From: Candidatus Caldarchaeales archaeon
GTDB lineage: Archaea; Thermoproteota; Nitrososphaeria_A; Caldarchaeales; Calditenuaceae
Length of the DNA: 8,253 nt
Assembly (NCBI GenBank): GCA_032249095.1
Contig: JAVVGN010000077.1
Location: forward strand, 1 to 8,253
Direction: 5' to 3'
The translations under genes and the position numbers were made by a program. How positions within the stretch are numbered: position 1 is the first letter of the stretch; every line of letters starts with the position of its first letter. The notes beneath the pieces were generated by a model. The model saw nothing but the letters and a program-made list of their open reading frames with translations, did no database searches and had not been told where the DNA came from. This document shows positions 1 through 6,623 of the stretch, one piece after another.

Positions 1-412
1 TCTCTCTAAACCCCGTATTGAGGGGGTTGATACAGAGGGCGGAGGGAGGAGCCAGAAAGATAGAAGTCAAGATACTCTACAACAAGTATTACTGGGCCAT
101 AAAATACGAGAAGGACTTAGACATGGACGGAAACATCCTATACTTCATAGAGAGCGCCAAGGAACTACTACCAGGATATATAAAGACCTCAAAGGGGCTA
201 ATACTCCCAAGAGAACCAACTACGCCCCAACAAACATTAGGGTCTTGGAGAAGGAGGTAGGCGTTGTTAAGAAGGAGAAATCTAAACTAAAGCACCTATT
301 AGACATAGAGCACGAAAACATGCCAATACAACTAGACCTATGGGGAAACGAGGTAATATTCAGGGGAAAGGGACAGACAACACTATACGGATACCCAAGG
401 CCAGAGGCATGA
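1..412 (+). pseudogene. 5'-partial low-GC hypothetical gene that needs a -1 frame change (frame of 3..260, then the frame ending at stop 410..412); frameshifted pseudogene or programmed -1 frameshift gene
   Basis: The frame of ORF 18..260 is open from the window edge and reads protein-like (KIEVKILYNKYYWAIKYEKDLDMDGNILYFIESAKELLPGYIKTSKG) before a poor tail (PTTPQQTLGSWRRR*). The -1 frame is open from nt 2 to the TGA at 410..412. From about nt 200 it reads protein-like (KRTNYAPTNIRVLEKEVGVVKKEKSKLKHLLDIEHENMPIQLDLWGNEVIFRGKGQTTLYGYPRPEA*). That frame is supported by a second conserved copy at 6361..6480. No family recognised. Confidence 0.45.
323..410 (+). repeat. Left copy of the long inverted repeat (partner 6363..6450)
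   Basis: The reverse complement of 323..399 equals 6374..6450 at 76/77 positions (single mismatch 331/6442). After a 4-nt substitution cluster (400..403 vs 6370..6373), 404..410 (gaggcat) again matches 6363..6369. Confidence 0.95.
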
Positions 413-442
413 GCTTTAGGCGAATTCTATGCTAAAAGCTTG

Positions 443-479
443 TTTATTTAACCTAGCTTCCCATTAGATTAGATTTAAC
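443..479 (+). promoter_or_regulatory. AT-rich promoter region upstream of atpE with two TATA-like boxes (tttattta 443..450; atttaa 473..478)
   Basis: The proximal box lies 30 nt upstream of ATG 508, matching the 25-31 nt spacing seen at the other first-gene starts in this window. No transcript data. Confidence 0.3.
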
Positions 480-507
480 TACGGCGAGGGCCTGCTATTT
501 CGTCGGC

Positions 508-1125
508 ATGCCATCCATGAGTCTTGACGATGTGTTGAGGAAGGTCGTCGAAGACGCAGTAGCCGAGTATAGAGCTCGAATTAGGGAGCTGGAGGAGGAA
601 TACCTTAGAAGAGTCAGCGGCCAGTCGGAGGAACTCTTAAGGAAGGCGTCCACGGCTTCAGCAGCGATACGGCGTGAAGCCTCTGCAACCTATTCCAGAA
701 TCGTGACCCAAGCAAGCCTCGATGCACGTCGCGAGTATCTCGCGGTACTGGAGGACGGTCTGAACTCTGTGATCTCCGCGGCCCTCGAGGAGATATCCAA
801 GATGAGAGGAAGTGAGGAGTATGCATCTTCTTTAATGGGGCTTCTGCGAGAGGCCATCGATATTGTTGGGGGCGAGGACCTAGTGGTTGAGTGTAGCCCT
901 GAAGATGCCGAGCTGGTGAAGAGGCTGGCTCTGAAGCTTGGGAAGGAGAGGGGGATCTCGATTAGAGTATCGGATAAGTATGTAAATTCTCTGGGCGGTG
1001 TGAAGGTGAGTAGAGGGGATGGCTCAGCCGTTTATAACAACACGATCGAGGCGAGGCTTGAGAGGATGAGGCCTATGCTCAGGAGCGAGATAATAAAGCG
1101 GCTAAGTGTTCAGACTTCTCCATAG
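508..1125 (+). CDS. atpE: A-type (archaeal V-type) ATP synthase subunit E
   Basis: 205-aa ORF with a charged, helical N-terminal half ([16 protein letters not shown]...). The C-terminal half ends in the subunit-E type motif [33 protein letters not shown]. It lies directly upstream of atpA. An alternative in-frame ATG is at 517. Confidence 0.85.
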   Translation: MPSMSLDDVLRKVVEDAVAEYRARIRELEEEYLRRVSGQSEELLRKASTASAAIRREASATYSRIVTQASLDARREYLAVLEDGLNSVISAALEEISKMRGSEEYASSLMGLLREAIDIVGGEDLVVECSPEDAELVKRLALKLGKERGISIRVSDKYVNSLGGVKVSRGDGSAVYNNTIEARLERMRPMLRSEIIKRLSVQTSP

Positions 1126-1153
1126 ATTATACTCAAAGTTTTTTAGGTCGGGG

Positions 1154-1161
1154 AGAGGTGT
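1154..1161 (+). promoter_or_regulatory. Shine-Dalgarno-like element (gagaggtg) for the internal operon gene atpA
   Basis: A GAGGTG-type purine motif ends 10 nt upstream of ATG 1172. This fits the archaeal pattern of SD use on internal operon genes. Confidence 0.4.
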
Positions 1162-1171
1162 CTCAACAGTA

Positions 1172-4100
1172 ATGCCCGTCAAAGGCACGATCACCTGGGT
1201 ATCTGGTCCTACCGTGAAGGCAGAAGGGATGAGCGGCGCCAGGATGTATGAGATGGTGTACGTCGGTGAGGAGCGGCTCATAGGCGAGGTTATCAGGCTC
1301 GAAGGTGACAACGCCTACGTGCAGGTCTATGAAAACACTTCGGGCCTCTCGCCAGGTGAGCCGGTTTACGGGACCGGAAGTCCCCTGTCGGTACTGCTTG
1401 GGCCGGGCCTGCTGGGCAGCATTTATGACGGTGTGCAGAGGCCTTTACGCGCCATCGCCGAGCGTGTGGGGCCATTCGTTAAGAGGGGTGTCTCGGTACC
1501 CCCTCTAGACTTGGGGAGGAAGTGGCATTTTGTCCCAACGGTTAGGCCAGGTCAGGAGCTCGAGGCGGGCTCCGTGCTGGGCGAGGTCCAGGAGACCCCC
1601 CTCATAAAGTCATCAATCATGGTACCGCCGACGTCTAGGCCTGGCAGGCTCAAATACATAGCCCCCGAAGGAGATTATACCGTTCAAGAAACGGTCGCCG
1701 AGATCGAGACGAAGGGTGGCGCGCTGGAGAAAATCGCCCTCTCACATCGGTGGCCCGTGAGGACCCCTAGACCCTTCAGTAGGCGTCTCGACCCGGTGGT
1801 GCCTCTCATCACAGGCCAGAGAGTACTTGACACGCTCTTCTCCATGGCGAAGGGGGGAACAGGATGTATCCCAGGTGCGTTCGGCACGGGCAAGTGCGTC
1901 ACTCCAGAGACACCAGTCCTCCTAGCTGACGGAGCCTTAGTGCCCATCGGCAGTCTCTTCGAGATGTTTGCCGGCCCTAACAACTCGCCGGGCAGTGACG
2001 CCGAGCTGCTAATCAAAGTGGATGGCCTGAGGATAATAGGGTTTGACGGGGTATCCCTCAGGGAGTTTGCCGCCTCGCACATCTATAGAGGCAAGTCACG
2101 GGGCCTAGTAGAGGTGCGGACTTCTTCTGGGAGAGTGATACGTGTAACTCCGGGTCACAGGCTTCTGAGACTCAACCCGATTGAATGTGTCATTGAAGAA
2201 GTACCTGCATCCTCGCTAGAAAGGGGCGACTACCTCGCGATGCCGAGAAGAGTAGAGATAATTGCGGCTGATTACCAAGAGGTTCCAAGAGAGGCGCTGG
2301 AGGAGCTAAGAGTAGATGACCCAGCAGCGGTGAAGGGTCTGCTATGCGTTCTCCAGAAAAAGTATGGCACACTCAAGACAATAGGCAGAATGCTTGGAGT
2401 TAGCTATGACTCCTTAAAGGGCTACTGGCTCGGCAAAAATAGGCCGCCCTACAAACTATACCTGAAGATTCTAGGGCTGTCCGGTCTGGCGCCGGCCCAG
2501 ATGCTAAGACTACGCCCCACACATGGAAAAACAGTGACGATAAGGGCCATCATAGATGAAAAGTTTGCTGAGCTGCTCGGCCTGCTGCTCTCTGGCGGTA
2601 TGATATCTGGTCGAGCAGTGAGGTTCTTCAACAACGATCCTCACCTGCTTGATAGGTTTAAGCAACTTCTGAGCGACGTCTTCGGCGTTGATGGGGTCGC
2701 CAAAACATATAAGAACGTAAGAGGGGTTGAGGCTCGGTCTAAGGCAGTCGTCACTATTCTGAGGCACCTGGGTCTCCCCGCTAGTGTGAAGTCAAGAAAA
2801 GCGGAGGTTCTTCACGTTATTCTGAGGTCGCCTGACAGTGTGGTCGCATCGTTCCTCAGGGGTTACCTATCTGGAGGCGGATCCTTCAGTGATGGAGTGC
2901 TAGAGGTTGTCTCGCCCTCGCCCCAACTCATTAGTGGGTTGGGATACCTGCTAACTCGCTTGGGCATACTATACACAGTCTCACAGAGGGGCCGATACTC
3001 GCGCCTGACAATAGGCGGGGTGAGAGAACTTCGCAAGCTTCACGAGCATATATTTGCCGAGGCTGCAGACCTCCCACTCTCCAAGGCTGTTCGGTCCTAT
3101 CTCTCAAGTGCTAGCGAGAACCGGACGACGCGGGACGTTGTGCCTATCTCCCCAGACTCCCTCGTCGAGGCTCTGTCAGCATTCGCCGGGCGGCTCAAAA
3201 AGACTGGACACGTGCTTCACAACTATACAAAGCTGGGCGAGAGGCACGGTCTTCAGATGTCTCTAAAGGCCAGCAGCATTTTGGGGGAAGAGCTGCCCAG
3301 CCGAGTGCTCGTTCTGGCTGAGGCTTTAAAGAGTATCTTCTTCGACGAGGTCGAGGAGGTCAAGTTTATTGATGGAGAATTCACCGTCTATGACTTGACG
3401 GTGCCATTTGTCCACAACTTTGTTGGAGGAGATATCCCATCAATACTACATAACACGGTGACCCTGCACCAGCTTTCTAAGTGGAGTGATGCTCAGGTTA
3501 TTCTACACATAGGCTGCGGCGAGAGGGGGAATGAGGAGGCGGAAGTTCTTAAGGAGTTCCCCGAGCTTACGGACCCTTACTCCGGTAGGCCCTTGATGGA
3601 GAGGACCATTCTGATAGCGAATACAAGCAATATGCCTGTCTCCGCCCGAGAGGCGAGCATCTATACAGGTACGGCCATCGCGGAGTACTATCGCGACATG
3701 GGATACGACGTGCTACTTGTGGCAGACTCGACCAGCAGATGGGCTGAGGCGCTGAGGGAGATCAGCGGAAGGCTTGAGGAGATGCCGGCTGAGGAGGGCT
3801 ATCCCAGCTACCTCGCGAGCCGCCTCGCAGAGTTCTATGAGAGGGCCGGTAGGGTCGAGGTTCTTGGGAAACCACAGCGGGTCGGCAGCCTCACGATCGT
3901 TGGTGCTGTTTCGCCTCCGGGAGGCGACTTCACGGAGCCGGTCACGACGCATACACTCAGATTCGTCAGGGTCTTCTGGGCCCTCGACCCGACGCTAGCA
4001 TACACGCGCCACTATCCCGCCGTCAACTGGATAATGAGCTATTCGGCCTACGTAGATACTGTAGCGGAGTGGTGGAGAAGGGTTGGCCCAGACTGGTACG

Positions 4101-4507
4101 AGCTCAGGTCAAAGCTTTACAGCATTCTGAGGAGGGAGGAGGAGCTGCTCGAGATTGTTAGGCTGCTTGGGCCCGAAGCCCTCGCCCCCGAGGAAAACCT
4201 AGTCCTCGACGCGGCGAGGATGATCAGAGAGGGCTTCCTACAGCAGAGCGCCTACGACCCCGTCGACTCATTCTGCAGCCCCCAAAAGCAGTTTAGGATG
4301 CTGAGGCTATTCGTCATGTTCTACGAGCTCGCCCTAGATGCCGTAAACAGGGGCGTCAGCCTAGCCGACGTGAGGAGTCTGCCAGTCATTAGCGAGCTCC
4401 TTAGGGCAAAATACACGATCCCAAACGACAAGCTAGACGAGTTTGACAAGCTAGAGCAGAGGATCAAGTCCGAGCTTGAGGGGCTTCGGGCGCCGATCCC
4501 CACATAG
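1172..4507 (+). CDS. atpA: A-type ATP synthase catalytic subunit A precursor, interrupted by an in-frame intein (exteins 1172..1894 and 3455..4504, 591 aa after splicing)
   Basis: N-extein: [20 protein letters not shown]...[24 protein letters not shown]...[16 protein letters not shown]...[15 protein letters not shown]-extein: [15 protein letters not shown]...GCGERGNE...[19 protein letters not shown]...[30 protein letters not shown]. These are canonical A-subunit motifs. ATG 1172 is preferred over GTG 1106 because the homology begins at MPVKG, an SD lies upstream, and it avoids overlapping atpE. Confidence 0.95.
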   Translation: MPVKGTITWVSGPTVKAEGMSGARMYEMVYVGEERLIGEVIRLEGDNAYVQVYENTSGLSPGEPVYGTGSPLSVLLGPGLLGSIYDGVQRPLRAIAERVGPFVKRGVSVPPLDLGRKWHFVPTVRPGQELEAGSVLGEVQETPLIKSSIMVPPTSRPGRLKYIAPEGDYTVQETVAEIETKGGALEKIALSHRWPVRTPRPFSRRLDPVVPLITGQRVLDTLFSMAKGGTGCIPGAFGTGKCVTPETPVLLADGALVPIGSLFEMFAGPNNSPGSDAELLIKVDGLRIIGFDGVSLREFAASHIYRGKSRGLVEVRTSSGRVIRVTPGHRLLRLNPIECVIEEVPASSLERGDYLAMPRRVEIIAADYQEVPREALEELRVDDPAAVKGLLCVLQKKYGTLKTIGRMLGVSYDSLKGYWLGKNRPPYKLYLKILGLSGLAPAQMLRLRPTHGKTVTIRAIIDEKFAELLGLLLSGGMISGRAVRFFNNDPHLLDRFKQLLSDVFGVDGVAKTYKNVRGVEARSKAVVTILRHLGLPASVKSRKAEVLHVILRSPDSVVASFLRGYLSGGGSFSDGVLEVVSPSPQLISGLGYLLTRLGILYTVSQRGRYSRLTIGGVRELRKLHEHIFAEAADLPLSKAVRSYLSSASENRTTRDVVPISPDSLVEALSAFAGRLKKTGHVLHNYTKLGERHGLQMSLKASSILGEELPSRVLVLAEALKSIFFDEVEEVKFIDGEFTVYDLTVPFVHNFVGGDIPSILHNTVTLHQLSKWSDAQVILHIGCGERGNEEAEVLKEFPELTDPYSGRPLMERTILIANTSNMPVSAREASIYTGTAIAEYYRDMGYDVLLVADSTSRWAEALREISGRLEEMPAEEGYPSYLASRLAEFYERAGRVEVLGKPQRVGSLTIVGAVSPPGGDFTEPVTTHTLRFVRVFWALDPTLAYTRHYPAVNWIMSYSAYVDTVAEWWRRVGPDWYELRSKLYSILRREEELLEIVRLLGPEALAPEENLVLDAARMIREGFLQQSAYDPVDSFCSPQKQFRMLRLFVMFYELALDAVNRGVSLADVRSLPVISELLRAKYTIPNDKLDEFDKLEQRIKSELEGLRAPIPT
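1895..3454 (+). mobile_element. Class-1 intein (520 aa) with a LAGLIDADG homing-endonuclease-type domain, inserted in the Walker-A P-loop of AtpA (GAFGTGK|intein|T)
   Basis: Cys1 at 1895..1897 ([13 protein letters not shown], block A). TxxH block B (VTPGHRLL). Two LAGLIDADG-type motifs at 2573..2599 (LLGLLLSGG) and 2855..2881 (LRGYLSGGG). Block F/G is [15 protein letters not shown]...SILHN with terminal His-Asn at 3449..3454, followed by +1 Thr at 3455..3457. Removing 1560 nt restores [19 protein letters not shown]. Confidence 0.92.
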
Positions 4508-4528
4508 TGCCGCCTCCAAGGGATCGGG

Positions 4529-5098
4529 TTAGTTTCTCGCAAAGGCATCCTCTGACGCAACTATCGCCTCGGTGGCCTTTATGACTGCCACGACCCTCAC
4601 GCCAGCCCGCAGATTCATCCTCTTCATACTATCCGTCGTCACAAGGGCTTTCAGAGTCTGGCCGGGATCGAGGTCTAGCTCAACGAGAGAGACTATGTCG
4701 CCCTCCCTTACGCTCTTCACCCTGCCTAATAGGAGGTTTCTCGCGCTAAGGTGGCTCTCTAGAAGCGTCACTATGAAGCCGGGCCTAGCATCGGACCTCG
4801 CCGAGTAATAAGAGAGTAGCAGATGCTGTGCATGCTCCGTCAGCCTGCTTCTGCCTCCTCCCAAGCCGCCTCTTTCTCCCAAGACAAGAGGGATCCCGAG
4901 GCGTGACTCCAAACTCCTGATCCAGCTCTTGCCGGTCTTAAGCGTCACTCCCAGCTCCCTGCAGGCCATACTCAAGGATCCGTGCCGCCTCACGCCGTCC
5001 AAAAGCTCTAAGACCCGCATTCTCACCTCGAAGTCTCCCCCCTCCGGCCCGCGTATTATGACGCGCCCAGAACGGACCGCTAAGACGGAAGCCTTCAT
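4529..5098 (-). CDS. ModE-like transcriptional regulator: N-terminal ModE/LysR-type HTH plus a single C-terminal TOBE (Mop-like) domain
   Basis: The N-terminal part RVLELLDGVRRHGSLSMACRELGVTLKTGKSWIRSLESRLGIPLVLGERGGLGGGRSRLTEHAQ matches the ModE N-terminal pattern (HTH followed by GG-G-GGG-LT). The C-terminal part LSARNLLLGRVKSVREGDIVSLVELDLDPGQTLKALVTTDSMKRMNLRAGVRVVAVIKATEAIVA matches the TOBE pattern (SARN...G.V......V.L.....L.A.IT......L..G..V.A.IKA..V). Confidence 0.8.
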   Translation of the reverse strand: MKASVLAVRSGRVIIRGPEGGDFEVRMRVLELLDGVRRHGSLSMACRELGVTLKTGKSWIRSLESRLGIPLVLGERGGLGGGRSRLTEHAQHLLLSYYSARSDARPGFIVTLLESHLSARNLLLGRVKSVREGDIVSLVELDLDPGQTLKALVTTDSMKRMNLRAGVRVVAVIKATEAIVASEDAFARN

Positions 5099-5125
5099 TT
5101 ACATAGCTCTGATAGGACGATGGAG

Positions 5126-5133
5126 TTTTAAAA
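5126..5133 (-). promoter_or_regulatory. TATA box (TTTTAAAA) for the ModE-like gene, implying a leaderless or near-leaderless mRNA
   Basis: The palindromic ttttaaaa ends 28 nt upstream of the minus-strand ATG at 5098. Confidence 0.5.
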
Positions 5134-5185
5134 GGTTCGGATGAGGTGCGGAGCCGTCTAGCCCCCGGCTGCTGCGGGGGGCGCG

Positions 5186-5193
5186 CTTATATA
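5186..5193 (+). promoter_or_regulatory. TATA box (cttatata) for the small conserved archaeal protein gene
   Basis: It lies inside the longest ORF (GTG 5146) and 31 nt upstream of the in-frame TTG at 5224. It is divergent from the ModE-like promoter. Confidence 0.4.
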
Positions 5194-5223
5194 CGACGCG
5201 GCAACAATCCTGTTTGGGGGCCA

Positions 5224-5559
5224 TTGGTCACGTGGGACAGGCGAGACTTCAAGAAGCTCTTCCCAGCCATATCAAAGGAGCTGGAAAGCTCCGGTAGCTC
5301 GGCCGTCGAGGCGGGAGAGGAGTCTATGGATGAGCCCCTGAGAGGCTTTATGCCAGGGCCGGAGGATTATCTCAGTAGATGTAAAACCGATGAGGAGGCC
5401 ATGGAGGTGATCAATTTCCTCCACAAACGGGGTGAGATCTCGGGTGAGGTGTTCGACAGGCTTAGGCGCCAGGTTGAGGAGTGCGGGGTTAGGAGTTTCG
5501 GGCCTCTGAGAGAGGACAACTACTATCTCAAGAAGTATGGAAACAGGCGTGGCCGCTAG
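5224..5559 (+). CDS. Small acidic conserved archaeal hypothetical protein (possibly DUF2095-type; family recalled from memory, unverified); longest ORF begins at GTG 5146
   Basis: ORF 5146..5559. The first 26 codons (RSRLAPGCCGGRAYIRRGNNPVWGP) are not protein-like and contain the TATA box. The protein-like sequence starts at the TTG codon (encoded L, read as Met) followed by VTWDRRDFKKLFPAISKELE...EEAMEVINFLHKRGEISGEVFDRLRRQVEECG. The start position is uncertain. Confidence 0.6.
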   Translation: MVTWDRRDFKKLFPAISKELESSGSSAVEAGEESMDEPLRGFMPGPEDYLSRCKTDEEAMEVINFLHKRGEISGEVFDRLRRQVEECGVRSFGPLREDNYYLKKYGNRRGR

Positions 5560-6167
5560 GCTTGGAGGGCTCCAGCCTCTCCAAGGCTCGTCGCAGCAGG
5601 CGTTGCTAGAACCTTTGATTTTATAACCCCCACGTGCCGCGGAATCAGTATCTTCTTCACGGAGTTATAGATATCTGAGGCTGTCTTCCCAAGAACCATC
5701 TCTTGGGCGAGCTGACCAAGCTCCAGCCTAGCCGCCGCCTCCTTCACAACCCGCTCCATCAAGTGTCTTATCGCGGTTTTCTTCCCGGATCTCACGCGGC
5801 TCTGAGTAAAGACGGTGCACTGAACCCTCAGCCTGTATCCATCGACCGTCTCGATGTTGTAGTATCCGTCTATCCTGCTGGTGCCACGCCTCACGAGACT
5901 CCTCACAAACTCTCTCTCATACTCGTGCCCAAAGAAGATCGTTTCGGCTATGTCTCCGTTAACGCGCTCGACCTTGAACTTGACTAGTATGAACTGCTTT
6001 GTCGGGTCGTCAGTGAGCTGGTATAGGCTGACCCGCACTGTTCTTCCGATCAGCTTCTCGATAGAGTCTGCCATGGTGGTTCCGAGCTCCCGACCCCCAA
6101 AATAGGGTGGTGCCTTGATGACGAATAGGGACTTTGGCGCTTTAGACGCGGGCTTCTTAGACGACAT
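5556..6167 (-). CDS. rps3ae: 30S ribosomal protein S3Ae (eS1)
   Basis: 203 aa. KSLFVIKAPPYFGGRELGTTMADSIEKLIGRTVRVSLYQLTDDPTKQFILVKFKV...GHEYEREFVRSLVRRGTSRID matches the conserved S3Ae/eS1 N-terminal and central pattern. Confidence 0.9.
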   Translation of the reverse strand: MSSKKPASKAPKSLFVIKAPPYFGGRELGTTMADSIEKLIGRTVRVSLYQLTDDPTKQFILVKFKVERVNGDIAETIFFGHEYEREFVRSLVRRGTSRIDGYYNIETVDGYRLRVQCTVFTQSRVRSGKKTAIRHLMERVVKEAAARLELGQLAQEMVLGKTASDIYNSVKKILIPRHVGVIKSKVLATPAATSLGEAGALQA

Positions 6168-6194
6168 TCCTACACTTGGGACTTATCTCAAAAC

Positions 6195-6202
6195 TATTTA
6201 AA
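6195..6202 (-). promoter_or_regulatory. TATA box (TTTAAATA on the minus strand) for rps3ae
   Basis: Its proximal edge is 28 nt upstream of the minus-strand ATG at 6167, the same spacing as at the ModE-like gene. Confidence 0.5.
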
Positions 6203-6360
6203 CTTCTTTCTAGCGCAGTTTTCATTGAGTTCTGAAAGCTTGAAGATAGCCATAAGGTATGAGAGGCTGGAAGCAACATACAGAGTCTTCATAAACACAT
6301 AATGCATAGCAATACACCTTAGACTGAGATACGGGATTTTGAGATGAGTTCTATATTTGT

Positions 6361-6480
6361 TTATGCCTCGTATCTTGGGTATCCGTATAGTGTTGTCTGT
6401 CCCTTTCCCCTGAATATTACCTCGTTTCCCCATAGGTCTAGCTGTATTGGTACGTTGCCGTTTATTGGGGCCACTGCTCC
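6361..6480 (-). pseudogene. Truncated 3' remnant (39 codons plus stop) of a paralogue of the gene at 1..412
   Basis: The minus-strand frame reads GAVAPINGNVPIQLDLWGNEVIFRGKGQTTLYGYPRYEA*, against ...HENMPIQLDLWGNEVIFRGKGQTTLYGYPRPEA* at 323..412. An in-frame stop lies immediately upstream (6481..6483) and there is no ATG. The ORF-track ORF 6194..6433 is a different frame of the same DNA. Confidence 0.7.
6363..6450 (-). repeat. Right copy of the long inverted repeat (partner 323..410)
   Basis: See the left copy. Similarity is lost beyond 6450 on one side, and no convincing similarity was seen by eye beyond 6363. Confidence 0.95.
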
Positions 6481-6591
6481 TTATATGTGGGGCCGGTGGG
6501 TGTTCTTCTCCGAGCGAGTGGTGAGGAATGGGGAGGGAAGAGGTTGGGAGTGGGATGGTGGTGAGGTTCCAGTTGGTGGCGAGGCCATACG

Positions 6592-6599
6592 AGATAAAG
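6592..6599 (+). promoter_or_regulatory. TATA-like box (gataaaga) proximal to the IS110-like transposase start
   Basis: It lies 25 nt upstream of ATG 6624. A GGAGG at 6611..6615 could alternatively act as an SD if transcription starts further upstream, for example from the ttatat box at 6481..6486. Confidence 0.25.
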
Positions 6600-6623
6600 A
6601 CACTGAACGAGGAGGCGGTCTGA

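Noticed and set aside
1106-1171. GTG-initiated 22-codon extension of atpA (the longest ORF starts at 1106)
   Set aside because: The extension ([21 protein letters not shown]) has no counterpart in A subunits and overlaps atpE by 20 nt. The conserved N-terminus begins at ATG 1172, which has an SD-like motif upstream.
614-4560. Twelve ORF-track ORFs of 60-132 aa overlapping atpE/atpA in other frames or antisense (614..826, 1102..1311, 1293..1475, 1305..1508, 1684..2082, 2190..2372, 2449..2634, 2510..2767, 3054..3266, 3713..3952, 3774..3998, 4321..4560)
   Set aside because: These are shadow ORFs inside strongly supported GC-rich coding sequence. Their products are Arg/Pro/Ser-rich with no recognisable motifs.
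6194-6433. 79-aa minus-strand ORF (MGKRGNIQGKGTDNT...)
   Set aside because: Its first third is the wrong frame of the conserved repeat, whose conserved frame gives ...LWGNEVIFRGKGQTT... with a stop at 6361..6363. The remainder runs through the AT-rich spacer and the rps3ae promoter, so the remnant-pseudogene reading is preferred.
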